A stretch of DNA of 64,000 nt from assembly GCA_030612025.1 (NCBI GenBank), contig JAUWOR010000007.1, positions 15,104-79,103 on the forward strand, read 5' to 3'. Origin of the DNA: Dehalococcoidia bacterium. Its GTDB lineage: Bacteria; Chloroflexota; Dehalococcoidia; GIF9; AB-539-J10. Positions 9,804 through 19,431 of this stretch are shown piece by piece. The notes beneath the pieces were generated by a model. The model searched no databases and was not told where the DNA came from. It saw only the letters and a program-made list of their open reading frames with translations. Position 1 is the first letter of the stretch; each line of letters begins with the position of its first letter. A program made the position numbers and the translations under genes.

Positions 9804-11198
9804 TTAGCCAGCCTGTTTAGTTTGAAAGTGAATCAAGCCATCCAACTGTCCTAAAGCCGCTTCCAGCACTGCCTCAGGCAGTGTGGGGTGAGCATGCATG
9901 GTGTCGGCGATATCTTTGGCTGTGAGGCCACATTTGACTGCCAGCACGCCTTCTGCTATCAGATCGTCAGCATGAGGCCCCATGATGTGCATCCCCAGTA
10001 CCCTTCCACTTTCTGCTTCGCAAACCATCTTAACCATGCCTATCGTTTCCCTCATGGTATAAGCACGGCCACAGGCGCTAAAAGGGAAGCTACTCACTTT
10101 ATAAGAAAGCCCCCTAGTTTTGGCTTCATTTTCGGTCAAGCCAACACCTGCTATCTCAGGGTGGGTGAAGACACAAATAGGAACAGCTTGGTAGTCTACC
10201 CAGCGAGAGTGACCAAGAGCATTCTCTACAGCAATCTTCCCCTCGTAGGAGGCAACATGAGCTAGCATATGCCCGCCAATTACGTCTCCGATAGCGTAAA
10301 TATTAGGGATATTTGTTTCCAGTCTCTCGTTCACCGTGATAGCTCGTCTTTTCATCTTCATCCCTAGTTCAGTTAAGCCCAGTCCTTCAGTATAGGGGGA
10401 ACGCCCAGTAGCCATGAGAACCATTTGCGCCTCGATTCCTCGTTCTCCCTCCGGTGTGTCCCAGACCACTTTAGTCATTGTCCCTTCCTGCATTATTGCC
10501 TTGACTGTAGCGCTAGTTATGATCGTAATGCCTTGTCTCCTTAGGATCTGGGCAAAACGTTGGCTGATCTCCAGGTCAACTGACTCCAGGAGGAAGGGTC
10601 GCATCTCGAGGATAGTCACCTTAGTGCCAAAGGCATTGAAGATGGTGGCAAATTCCACACCCACGACGTTTCCCCCGATGACTATCAGGCTTTTGGGGAG
10701 TTTGGTCACATCTAGCATCTCATCAGTGGTAACCACCCCTGGAAGGTCTAAACCGGGGATAGGAAGTGAAGCAGTCTCCGAGCCTGTGGCGATAATGATC
10801 CTCTTGGTTGGAATCTCCTCATCGTTTACCTTCACTAACGTGGGAGACACAATGCGCCCCGCACCCTTGTAAATACTTATGTTACCAGCCAGCGTTAGGT
10901 GGTTAATTCCAGCTAACAGCCCATCTACTATATTATTCTTGCGGGCAATAATCTGGGGCAAATTCACCTCAATATGGTCAATCTCCAGGCCAAACTCACT
11001 CGCTCTCCTAGCCTGCTGTAGTACCTCGGCACTTCTAAGCAATGACTTTGTCGGGATACAACCATGATTGAGGCATGTACCACCGAGGCGATCCTTTTCC
11101 ACCAAAGCTACCCTCGCTCCTAGCTGGGAGGCATAAATAGCTGCTACGTATCCCCCAGGGCCGCCGCCAATTATGGTGACATCATATTCAGTTTCCAT
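9804..11198 (-). CDS. lpdA: dihydrolipoyl dehydrogenase
   Basis: An FAD-binding GGGPGG motif, the redox-active CLNHGCIP disulfide and a C-terminal dimerisation domain with HAHPTLPE are all present. Confidence 0.85.
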   Translation of the reverse strand: METEYDVTIIGGGPGGYVAAIYASQLGARVALVEKDRLGGTCLNHGCIPTKSLLRSAEVLQQARRASEFGLEIDHIEVNLPQIIARKNNIVDGLLAGINHLTLAGNISIYKGAGRIVSPTLVKVNDEEIPTKRIIIATGSETASLPIPGLDLPGVVTTDEMLDVTKLPKSLIVIGGNVVGVEFATIFNAFGTKVTILEMRPFLLESVDLEISQRFAQILRRQGITIITSATVKAIMQEGTMTKVVWDTPEGERGIEAQMVLMATGRSPYTEGLGLTELGMKMKRRAITVNERLETNIPNIYAIGDVIGGHMLAHVASYEGKIAVENALGHSRWVDYQAVPICVFTHPEIAGVGLTENEAKTRGLSYKVSSFPFSACGRAYTMRETIGMVKMVCEAESGRVLGMHIMGPHADDLIAEGVLAVKCGLTAKDIADTMHAHPTLPEAVLEAALGQLDGLIHFQTKQAG

Positions 11199-11360
11199 CG
11201 CTTACTGCTTTGCCTAAAGAATTGGTTTCTTACCCAGGTTAGCTATCTCGTTTAAGGTAAGGCAAACTAAATAAAGATTAAATTTTCTCAGCTTGAAAAA
11301 CTTCCGAAAAGTTCCTCAATCACTAGTTTCTAAACAGCTTCTTTTGGTTCTGCAATTCCT

Positions 11361-12488
11361 TTACCTTTTATTAACTGGTTTGACAAAAGGCGTATCAACA
11401 ACCTCAGCTTCCACTTCTTTATCCCTGATGACAACATTTACTTTACTGCCTTTCTCGGTATAAGGGAGATCAATGATGGCCCACGCATATACCTTCTTTA
11501 GAGAAGGACAGTAACTCCCTGAGGTGATGTATCCAATCTTCTTTCCGTCTTTCTTCACTTCCATTTTATGTCTGGGAATACCACCTGCGGGAATATAGAG
11601 GCCCACAAGCTTCCGGCTAATTCCCCTCTCTCTTATTTTAAGAAGTGCTTCTTTGCCAATAAACTTCTCCTTGTCAAATTTTACTGTCCACCCTTGACCT
11701 GTTTCGAGCGGATTTATTGTTTCATCAATATCATTGCCATAAAGCCAGTAGCAAACCTCAAACCTTGTTGTATCTCTTGCTCCTAATCCTACAGGTTTTA
11801 TGCCAAACCTTTTACCTTCCTCAAGAATACCATTCCAGATGTCTACAATGTCTTTTGCCTTAGAGTAAACTTCGAACCCATCCTCTCCTGTGTAACCTGT
11901 ATGCGAGATAAGAATCTTTTTACCAAACAACTCCCCATACATAAACTTAAAACGCTTCAGTTCTTTAAGGGGCATATCTCCGCCTAATTTTACTAAAGGC
12001 CCCAGCAATTTTTCTGACATAGGTCCCTGTACTGCTACCTCTCCGTAGTCCTGGCTCTTATTCGAAATTTCTACATCAAAGCTTCCCTTTTGCTGTGAAA
12101 TCCAAGTGAAATCCTTCACGGAATAGTTAGGAGATGCATTGACAACCAATAATACGAAATCATCCTCTACTTTGTAGACAAAAAGATCGTCCACCTGGCC
12201 ACCATTGGGATAACACAATGGAGAGTACTTTATATCTCCGTCCCTCATCTTCATTACTGAATTCGTTACAATGTAGTCGGTGAAAGGAAGTGCATCTTTG
12301 CCCCGTAATTCAATCTCCCCCATATGGGAGACATCAAAGATGCCTACTTTTTCTCTTACAGCAAAGTGCTCTTCAATAATGCTTGTATATTGCACCGGCA
12401 TATCAAAACCATCAAATGGTATCATCCTCGCTTTTAACTTTAGGTGTTCCTCATGAAGAGGGGTCAATAACGACTCTTCCATATCCAC
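11361..12488 (-). CDS. gcvT: glycine cleavage system aminomethyltransferase T protein
   Basis: N-terminal GcvT motifs (TPLHEEHLKLKARMIPFDGFDMPVQY) and a folate-binding fold are present. Confidence 0.9.
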   Translation of the reverse strand: MDMEESLLTPLHEEHLKLKARMIPFDGFDMPVQYTSIIEEHFAVREKVGIFDVSHMGEIELRGKDALPFTDYIVTNSVMKMRDGDIKYSPLCYPNGGQVDDLFVYKVEDDFVLLVVNASPNYSVKDFTWISQQKGSFDVEISNKSQDYGEVAVQGPMSEKLLGPLVKLGGDMPLKELKRFKFMYGELFGKKILISHTGYTGEDGFEVYSKAKDIVDIWNGILEEGKRFGIKPVGLGARDTTRFEVCYWLYGNDIDETINPLETGQGWTVKFDKEKFIGKEALLKIRERGISRKLVGLYIPAGGIPRHKMEVKKDGKKIGYITSGSYCPSLKKVYAWAIIDLPYTEKGSKVNVVIRDKEVEAEVVDTPFVKPVNKR

Positions 12489-12495
12489 CTCCTAA

Positions 12496-13995
12496 CTAAA
12501 AATTAATATCTTCATCTCTCCATTTCAATTCATCTTTAAGTTTCAGCTCATCGCCGTAATTCAAGATTGGTCTCTTTACTGCCAGTACGTCATCTACTCT
12601 CCTTATACGGGTGTTATGCGGTGCACCTGTTAATAATTCAGGATTTGTCTTCGCCTCGTGGGAAATTTTGATCATGGCATCAATGAACTCATCAAGCACT
12701 TCCTTACTTTCGGATTCAGGTGGCTCTATCATTATTGTTTCCTCAGCGTAAGGCTCAAAGTGAGGGAAATAGATTGTTGGTGGGTGAAAACCATAATCCA
12801 TTAATCTCTTGGCAATATCCAAAGTTTTTATCCCATACTTCTTATAGTCTCTTCCTGTAACCACACATTCGTGCCCACAATAGCGATCATATGCCGGTCG
12901 ATAATATTTCTTTAACTTAGCCAGCACATAGTTGGCATTAATAACACTTGTTTCTGAGACATTACGAAGCCCGTCTGGCCCCATAGAAAGAATCCAGGCA
13001 TAACTCTTAACCAGCACGAGAAAATTGCCCCAAAATGCCCTCACCCTACCGATGCTTTTTTCTCCCACGTCCGAGAAGTAATATTTCTCCCCGTCAAAAG
13101 CAACTATAGGTGTAGGAAGATACGGAATAAGAGCTTTCTTTACTCCGATAATTCCTGAACCTGGGCCACCACCTCCGTGTGGGGTAGAAAATGTTTTGTG
13201 CAGATTGAGATGGACGATATCAAAACCGGCATCTCCAGGTCTGACAATTTCAAATGAGGCATTCAGGTTGGCACCATCATAATAAAGCAATCCGCCCTTA
13301 CCATGCACAATGCTTTCAATATCCTGCATCCCTTCATCATATAACCCAACTGTATTAGGATCGTTCAGCATTAATCCTGCGGTATCTTCATCCATTAGCT
13401 CCTCAAGCCGTCTGATGTCAACCGTCCCCCTTTCGTTTGACTTTAGTTCTATCATTTTAAAACCACCCATTGTAGCAGAAGCTGGATTGGTACCATGGGC
13501 AGAATCAGGCACTAACAGCTTATGCCTTTTATCATCATGATCGACAAAATGCTGCCTCATAATGAGAACACCAGTTAATTCACCATGTGCACCAGCGGCA
13601 GGAGCCATAGTATATTGGTCGACGCCCGTTATTTCACAAAGTAACTTGTTTAAATCGTACATTAGCTCTAAACAACCTTGAACAGTCTCTTCAGGAGCTA
13701 ATGGATGGGCGTAGACAAAGTTCCTTAGTGATGCCAGTTCCTCATTCACTCTGGGGTTATATTTCATGGTACATGACCCCAATGGGTATAAGCCATCATC
13801 AACGCCGTAATTAAACTTGGAAAGCTTGGTGAAGTGCCGAATAACATCAACCTCGGAAACTTCACTAAGCACCTTTTTGCTATCGCTAACTGCATACTCA
13901 GGTATGCAATCTTTAGTGTTTACCTCGTCGAATAAATCTTTGGGCAGGGAATAACCATCTCTAGCCTTTACGCTTTTCTCAAATATTAACTTCAT
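12496..13995 (-). CDS. gcvPB: glycine dehydrogenase (decarboxylating) subunit 2
   Basis: This PLP-dependent P-protein C-terminal half lies next to gcvPA. Confidence 0.9.
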   Translation of the reverse strand: MKLIFEKSVKARDGYSLPKDLFDEVNTKDCIPEYAVSDSKKVLSEVSEVDVIRHFTKLSKFNYGVDDGLYPLGSCTMKYNPRVNEELASLRNFVYAHPLAPEETVQGCLELMYDLNKLLCEITGVDQYTMAPAAGAHGELTGVLIMRQHFVDHDDKRHKLLVPDSAHGTNPASATMGGFKMIELKSNERGTVDIRRLEELMDEDTAGLMLNDPNTVGLYDEGMQDIESIVHGKGGLLYYDGANLNASFEIVRPGDAGFDIVHLNLHKTFSTPHGGGGPGSGIIGVKKALIPYLPTPIVAFDGEKYYFSDVGEKSIGRVRAFWGNFLVLVKSYAWILSMGPDGLRNVSETSVINANYVLAKLKKYYRPAYDRYCGHECVVTGRDYKKYGIKTLDIAKRLMDYGFHPPTIYFPHFEPYAEETIMIEPPESESKEVLDEFIDAMIKISHEAKTNPELLTGAPHNTRIRRVDDVLAVKRPILNYGDELKLKDELKWRDEDINF

Positions 13996-14007
13996 CTTTA
14001 TTCCTCC

Positions 14008-15351
14008 TTATTCCGAAAGAATTTCAACCACACGGTTCAAATCTTCTCTACACAATACTTCGGTTACGGCAAAAAGCAAAACATCCTTAAACCTTTCCTC
14101 TTTATAGAATTTGCTTACTTCCAGAGGAGGAATGAAATTGTTCTCTAGCAGTTTTTTATTTAAAGTAGCCACACTGTCTTTGCTCTTTAGCAAAAACTCA
14201 TTATAGAAGGGATAGTGAAAAACCTTTTCAAATTTCCCCGATTTCAATAACAAGTTTTCTAAGTAGTGAGCAGCTTTGGTGTTAAGAAGAGAAACTTTGT
14301 AAAGCCCTTCTGTTCCCATAAGAGAAAGATAAATATTGGCTGCGGTAGCGTTTAAAAAATGGTTAGTACAAATATTAGAAGTCGCCTTCTCTCTCCTTAT
14401 ATCTTGCTCTCTGGCGCGCATGGTCATCACGAAAACACGCTTACCATCTAAATCTCTTGTTTCACCAATAATTCTTCCGGGAAGCTGCCTGAGGAATTGT
14501 TTCCTGGTTGCCAGGTAAGCATTATAAGGACCGCCGTAATTCAAGTCCATGCCAAATGATTGAGCCTCCCCGGCTACGATATCAACCCCCACTTCCCCAG
14601 GAGCTTTTAAAACCCCCAGTGACATGCTTTCAGCAATGGCATTTATTACTAAAGCATTCTTAGAATGAACAAGCTCGCAGATTTCAGCTAGGTTCTCTAT
14701 GCCACCAAAGAAATTAGGATTTTGAACGATAACAGAAGCAACATCATCATCAACTAATTTCTTCAGCCCATCAATATCAACTAAACCATCCTTATGTGGC
14801 AATTCGACAATTTCTGGCTCGTGTGGTGCTATGTATGTCTTAACAGTTTCTTTATAATGAGGATGAAGTAATGCCGAAATAATAATTTTATTTCTATGTG
14901 TTAACCTGAAGGACATTAATGCCGCTTCGGCAGTTGCCGAAGCACCATCATAGATAGAAGGTATTACGACATCCATTTTGGTAAGTCGGGCAATATACGT
15001 CTGAAACTCAAATATTGACTGCAGGGTGCCTTGACTAAGTTCAGGTTGATATGGTGTATAACAGGTCCAAAATTCTTCTCTTTGCAAGAGAAATTTTTCT
15101 GCCTCAGGAACATGATGCCTGTAAGCACCCGCTCCAATAAGGGGTTTCATTAAGAAAAAATCTGAGTTTTTCTTAGCAATCTGGTAAATCTTTTCTTCCA
15201 GTTCAGCTTCTGAAATTGCCTCGGGGACATTTAACCTTCCTTTAAACCGAAAACCAGCGGGAATAGCTTCAATTAAATCCTCAAAAGAAGAGACGCCAAT
15301 CTCTTTCAGCATCGCTTTTTTCTGCTCTTCAGTACTTGGAATATATCTCAT
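14008..15351 (-). CDS. gcvPA: glycine dehydrogenase (decarboxylating) subunit 1
   Basis: This is the P-protein N-terminal-half homologue, sitting between gcvH and gcvPB. Confidence 0.9.
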   Translation of the reverse strand: MRYIPSTEEQKKAMLKEIGVSSFEDLIEAIPAGFRFKGRLNVPEAISEAELEEKIYQIAKKNSDFFLMKPLIGAGAYRHHVPEAEKFLLQREEFWTCYTPYQPELSQGTLQSIFEFQTYIARLTKMDVVIPSIYDGASATAEAALMSFRLTHRNKIIISALLHPHYKETVKTYIAPHEPEIVELPHKDGLVDIDGLKKLVDDDVASVIVQNPNFFGGIENLAEICELVHSKNALVINAIAESMSLGVLKAPGEVGVDIVAGEAQSFGMDLNYGGPYNAYLATRKQFLRQLPGRIIGETRDLDGKRVFVMTMRAREQDIRREKATSNICTNHFLNATAANIYLSLMGTEGLYKVSLLNTKAAHYLENLLLKSGKFEKVFHYPFYNEFLLKSKDSVATLNKKLLENNFIPPLEVSKFYKEERFKDVLLFAVTEVLCREDLNRVVEILSE

Positions 15352-15360
15352 ACTGCACCT

Positions 15361-15747
15361 CTACTCTTCTCTATACTCTGAGTATTCTTTAGCTCCCATA
15401 AGATTCTTCAATTCATCAGCATTCTCAATCTTTATCTTGGCAATCCATCCTTCGCCGTAGGGATCTTTATTGATAATAGAACTATCCGCAACAACTTTTT
15501 CGTTTACCTCGATTACCTCTCCCGAGATAGGGGCGTAGATGTCAGATGCCGCCTTTACCGATTCAATGGCCGTAAGCGTTTCAGTTTGTTTTACTTTCTT
15601 CCCCTTCTCCGTTTTCTCAAGGTAGACAATATCGCCAAGCTTATCCTGGGCATAATCAGTAATTCCTACCGTCCCTACACTATCTTCCACTTTCAGCCAT
15701 TCATCAGTTTGGGTATAATAAAGACCTTCGATAACTTTAACTGCCAT
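15361..15747 (-). CDS. gcvH: glycine cleavage system H protein
   Basis: The product has the lipoyl-lysine motif ESVKAASD and a GcvH fold. It is the first gene of the gcv operon. Confidence 0.9.
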   Translation of the reverse strand: MAVKVIEGLYYTQTDEWLKVEDSVGTVGITDYAQDKLGDIVYLEKTEKGKKVKQTETLTAIESVKAASDIYAPISGEVIEVNEKVVADSSIINKDPYGEGWIAKIKIENADELKNLMGAKEYSEYREE

Positions 15748-16018
15748 CTCTCCTCCTATTTATATTATACTTTCCATTATTCAGATTAGCCTTTAGTTTG
15801 CTATTTGTCAAAATCTGTACTCGTCCATATGATTAGTGACACATCACTTTTCTCCTTGCTATTGTAAAGCACATGCTCTCTCGTCATTGCGAGGAGCAAA
15901 GCGACGAAGCAATCTCAAAATAAAGCAACACTAGAGGCAGCGTGAGCGTGTAAAGTGTCACTCATCTATCTGAACTAGATCAAAATCTTTATGCCGGGCA
16001 AAACTGGCCCCCCGTCTT

Positions 16019-16053
16019 AAATTAAATAAGCCCCTCCTTAAAAGAAGGGGCTT
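16019..16053 (-). terminator. rho-independent terminator after the AGCS transporter gene
   Basis: An 8-bp GC-rich perfect stem (AAGCCCCT/AGGGGCTT) with a 10-nt loop is followed on the minus strand by AUUUAAUUU. It lies 30 nt after the transporter stop codon. Confidence 0.6.
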
Positions 16054-16086
16054 ATTTAATTAGGCCATGATTTTTCCTCTACTTAA

Positions 16087-17502
16087 TCACAACTCTTCTA
16101 TATGTACCTCAGGCGTATACTCTTCCTTACCTTCTACGAAGTAATCTCTGGCCATTTTGCCTACCAGACCACCCAGGATCATAAGCGATACCAGGCTAGG
16201 TATGGCCATGGCACCATTGAGAGTATCGGTGAGTAGCCAGACAAAGTCAACCTTCCATATTCCACCCATAAAGGCGAATATTATCCATACCACTCCATAT
16301 CCCAGCTTAAACCTCTTTACAGCCGCTGGCGAAATCTTTTTGCCAAATAAATAACGACCACACTGTGAACCATAATAATACCAGGCAAGCAGGGTGGAAT
16401 AACCAAAGAGAAGGGAACCCATAGCTGTTATAGCGACACCAGCACCACCAAGGACTGATTGGAAACCCCAGGCAGTTAAAGCCGTGCTGGTATAGCCTGT
16501 TCCCAGAGCGCCGGTCGTTAGAATTACCAGGGCGGTCATGGAACAAACTACTATGGTATCAAGAAAAACTTCAAAGAAGCCAAGGGTTCCCTGGCGAGCT
16601 GGTATAGGTATTCTAGTTGGGCTATGAGAAAGACCCCCGGTGCCTAAACCAGCCTCATTAGAGAATATACCCCGAGCCACACCGTATCTCATTGCCATCA
16701 TTACCGTAGCACCGGCAAATGCACCAAAGCCAGCACGAGGAGTGAAAGCATGTTTAAATATCTCTCCAATTGCTGCCGGTATTGCAGTAATATTAATAAG
16801 CAGTATAATTATGGCTCCAATTATATAAACGACGCACATCCAGGGAGCCAAGTATTCAGCTACTCTTCCAATTCTCTTAATTCCGCCGACAACTACCAGG
16901 CCAATAAGAATAGCTAAAGTAGTGCCAGTGGCCATAAAGGGAATACCATAGTACTCGTTCAAAACCAGAGCCATGGAATTAGTCTGAACAGCGTTACCAA
17001 TTCCAAAAGCACATATTGCCCCAAAAAAAGCAAACAATATGGCTAACCATTTCCACTTTGGTCCTATTAGCCTTTCTATAGTCATAAATGGACCGCCAAG
17101 AATAGTGCCATCTGCATCTACTACTCTACTTTTAACTGCTAATGAGGCCTCAGCGAATTTAGTACCCATTCCAACAAGGGCGGTGATCCACATCCAAAAT
17201 ACCGCTCCGGGACCACCCATAGCTATGGCCGTGGCTACACCAGCAATGTTACCATTCCCTACCGTACCGGTTATAGCTACTGTTAAGGATTGAAAAGGAG
17301 TAATATCTCCTTTGGTCGCTTCACCCTTTTCTTTCCCTCTCCAACCACTGAAGAACATTTTTATTGAATAACCAAGCTTGCTAAACTGCCTTCCGGCAAT
17401 TCTAGCCGTGATATACAAGCCTGTTCCCACCAACACGACCATCATTGGTGGCCCCCACACAATTCCATTAAACCAGCCTAATGCCGCCATTATGGCTTCC
17501 AT
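16087..17502 (-). CDS. alanine/glycine:cation symporter (AGCS family)
   Basis: The 471-aa polytopic membrane protein has AGCS-family N-terminal (FQSLTVAITGTVGNGNIAGVATAI) and C-terminal conservation. It lies directly upstream of the gcv operon. Confidence 0.85.
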   Translation of the reverse strand: MEAIMAALGWFNGIVWGPPMMVVLVGTGLYITARIAGRQFSKLGYSIKMFFSGWRGKEKGEATKGDITPFQSLTVAITGTVGNGNIAGVATAIAMGGPGAVFWMWITALVGMGTKFAEASLAVKSRVVDADGTILGGPFMTIERLIGPKWKWLAILFAFFGAICAFGIGNAVQTNSMALVLNEYYGIPFMATGTTLAILIGLVVVGGIKRIGRVAEYLAPWMCVVYIIGAIIILLINITAIPAAIGEIFKHAFTPRAGFGAFAGATVMMAMRYGVARGIFSNEAGLGTGGLSHSPTRIPIPARQGTLGFFEVFLDTIVVCSMTALVILTTGALGTGYTSTALTAWGFQSVLGGAGVAITAMGSLLFGYSTLLAWYYYGSQCGRYLFGKKISPAAVKRFKLGYGVVWIIFAFMGGIWKVDFVWLLTDTLNGAMAIPSLVSLMILGGLVGKMARDYFVEGKEEYTPEVHIEEL

Positions 17503-17534
17503 ATAACACCTCCTTTTGTTTACTATGTAATACT

Positions 17535-17564
17535 ATAGTATCAACAAGGGGTAAATTTTGTCAA
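17535..17564 (-). promoter_or_regulatory. sigma70-like promoter for the transporter-gcv operon
   Basis: On the minus strand a TTGACA box is followed by an 18-nt spacer and TACTAT. The predicted TSS is about 25 nt upstream of an AAAAGGAGGTG RBS and the ATG. Confidence 0.45.
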
Positions 17565-17707
17565 TAGTTTTGTGGACTTTACCATAATTTTTTGCAGTTG
17601 CCCCATTTCACCTTTGGCTATATTGTTTATTTTGTCATCGCCCTTGACAGTTGAGATTGATTGAGCAATAATCCTTTAATTCATTTTGCGGTAAATAGGA
17701 GGTCCGG

Positions 17708-18118
17708 ATGAAAAGTAAATTGAGCTGGCAGCTATTTTTATTGCCAGGATTAATTCTTATACTAATGAGCTCGCTTGTGGCTTGTAGTGAGGCTATACGG
17801 GGACCTGTTATAGGCTTCGACCCATCAAGCCTTAGCTTCGCTGCTGAAGAAGGAAGGCAAAATCCACCAAGCCAGACTTTAGAAATCAGGAACGCTGGCA
17901 TAGGAGCTATGCCTTGGGCAGTAGCAGTGAGTAGTGATGCCGCATGGCTCAGCCTTAGTCCACCTATTGGAACTTCGTCTAGCGAAATTGATAAGGTAAC
18001 CGTAACAGTAGATATCTCAGGAATGAGCACTGGCGATTATTCCGCCACCATTACTATCACGGCTGAAAAGGCACCAAATACCCCTCAGACAGTGCCAGTA
18101 GACCTAAGCATTGGTTGA
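17708..18118 (+). CDS. secreted lipoprotein with Ig/BACON-like beta domain
   Basis: A signal peptide with a lipobox (LVAC) leads into a Ser/Thr-rich all-beta composition. No catalytic motifs were seen. Confidence 0.5.
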   Translation: MKSKLSWQLFLLPGLILILMSSLVACSEAIRGPVIGFDPSSLSFAAEEGRQNPPSQTLEIRNAGIGAMPWAVAVSSDAAWLSLSPPIGTSSSEIDKVTVTVDISGMSTGDYSATITITAEKAPNTPQTVPVDLSIG

Positions 18119-18134
18119 TTTCAGTGATGCGACC

Positions 18135-18410
18135 AGTAGCTGGGGTGCTTTGCTGACAAAAGCCCTTTTGTTTTCTATCGACGAGCCATCCCTTGGCTTA
18201 GCTCCAAACCTAGTTGTCTTTCTGTTTCACACTATTAAGTCCTTAAATGACGAAGGCTTGACTATATTAATCGTCGAACAACATATTCCTCAAGTCTTAC
18301 AAATAGCTGACAGGGCCTATATCTTGGAGAATGGCTCTATAGTATTAGAAGGGGCTGCTGAAGAAGTATTTAACAATGAGCGTATTAAAACGGCTTACCT
18401 GGGTTTATGA
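18135..18410 (+). pseudogene. 3' remnant of branched-chain amino acid ABC transporter ATP-binding protein (livF-like)
   Basis: Translation begins inside the Walker B/D-loop (DEPSLGLAP) and runs to a LivF-like C-terminus (VEQHIPQVLQIADRAYILENGSIVLEG...YLGL). The Walker A and signature-motif portion is absent. Confidence 0.65.
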
Positions 18411-18448
18411 TAATATTAAGTCAAATTTATTAAACAGGAGGTGATTTT

Positions 18449-19216
18449 ATGTCAGCTTTACTTTTGCAAGAGATGAAATGGCCAGAGGTAAAGGATTACC
18501 TAGCTAAGGATGACAGGGTAATTATACCTGTTGGCAGTACAGAGCAGCATGGTTGTTGGTTGCCTATGGGCACTGATACCTTTACTGCAATATCTTTGGC
18601 TGAGGATGCTAGTGAGAAAACAGGAGTCATGGTTACTCCACCAAATTGGTTTGGATGGTCACCGCACCATATGGCATTACCGGGAACCATAAGCATAAGG
18701 CCTGAGATTCTTATAGAGCTTTTATATGATGAAATAGAATCCTTAGCGAAACACGGGTTCAAGAACTTCCTCACTATAAATGGACATAGAATAGTCAACT
18801 TGATATGGATGCAAATTGCTGCTGAGAGAGCCCAAAGAAAGCTTGGTGTTAAAGTTGTTATTTTTGACCCTGCTTATATGCAAAAGGAGCTTGCCGATAA
18901 GTTAGGATTTGGGGCTATAGGACACGCTGAAGAATCAGAAGGTTCACAGATGATGTATAAATATTCAGACTTAGTTGATATAAGCAAAGCAAGGGATTAT
19001 GTCCTAGGAGAGGCGAAGTTGTATCATATAGACCCAAGGGACCGCAGAGATACTTTGTGCTATGTTCCTAGTACAGAGGAAGCCACGAGAAAAATTGCGG
19101 AAATCTCTGGTGGCCCCATCGGACATCCTTCACAAGCCTCTACAGAAAAAGGAAAGAAGCTTCATGAGCATTTAGTCTCAAGACTTGTTGAAGTGATAGA
19201 GCAATTGAAGAAATAA
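18449..19216 (+). CDS. creatininase family amidohydrolase
   Basis: Creatininase-fold motifs are present: IIPVGSTEQHGCWLPMGTDT plus downstream His/Glu residues. Confidence 0.75.
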   Translation: MSALLLQEMKWPEVKDYLAKDDRVIIPVGSTEQHGCWLPMGTDTFTAISLAEDASEKTGVMVTPPNWFGWSPHHMALPGTISIRPEILIELLYDEIESLAKHGFKNFLTINGHRIVNLIWMQIAAERAQRKLGVKVVIFDPAYMQKELADKLGFGAIGHAEESEGSQMMYKYSDLVDISKARDYVLGEAKLYHIDPRDRRDTLCYVPSTEEATRKIAEISGGPIGHPSQASTEKGKKLHEHLVSRLVEVIEQLKK

Positions 19217-19249
19217 TCTCTTGAGTTAGAAGAGAAAGTTTAATTAAAG

Positions 19250-19417
19250 GTGCTCGTGAAAAGAATTTTAGTCACAGGAGCCTGTGGTCAGATTGGCTCG
19301 GAGCTCACATTGGCTTTGCGGGAAAGAAAATAAGGTTCCAGACTTGTGCTGAGCACACTAAATACGATGTAGATTATGTGCTTGAAGTTCTGGATGAGTA
19401 TAAAGGGATACATTGAT
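19250..19417 (+). pseudogene. remnant of an NAD-dependent epimerase/dehydratase (L-threonine 3-dehydrogenase/GalE-like)
   Basis: The first 25 codons (VLVKRILVTGACGQIGSELTLALRERK) form a Rossmann GxxGxxG N-terminus and then hit a stop. A short C-terminal-like piece follows (DVDYVLEVLDEYKGIH*). About 280 codons of body are missing. Confidence 0.5.
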
Positions 19418-19431
19418 AATCCAGTATATAT

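Noticed and set aside
15748-16086. Looked for a glycine riboswitch in the leader of gcvH
   Set aside because: The tandem-aptamer consensus (GGAGAG...CACCGAAGG...ACUCUGGAGAG) is not recognisable. The region holds a REP-like repeat and a terminator for the upstream gene.
17635-18030. 131-aa minus ORF overlapping the lipoprotein gene 17708-18118
   Set aside because: The plus-strand product has a clean signal peptide and lipobox. The minus-strand product is low-complexity, so it is a shadow ORF.
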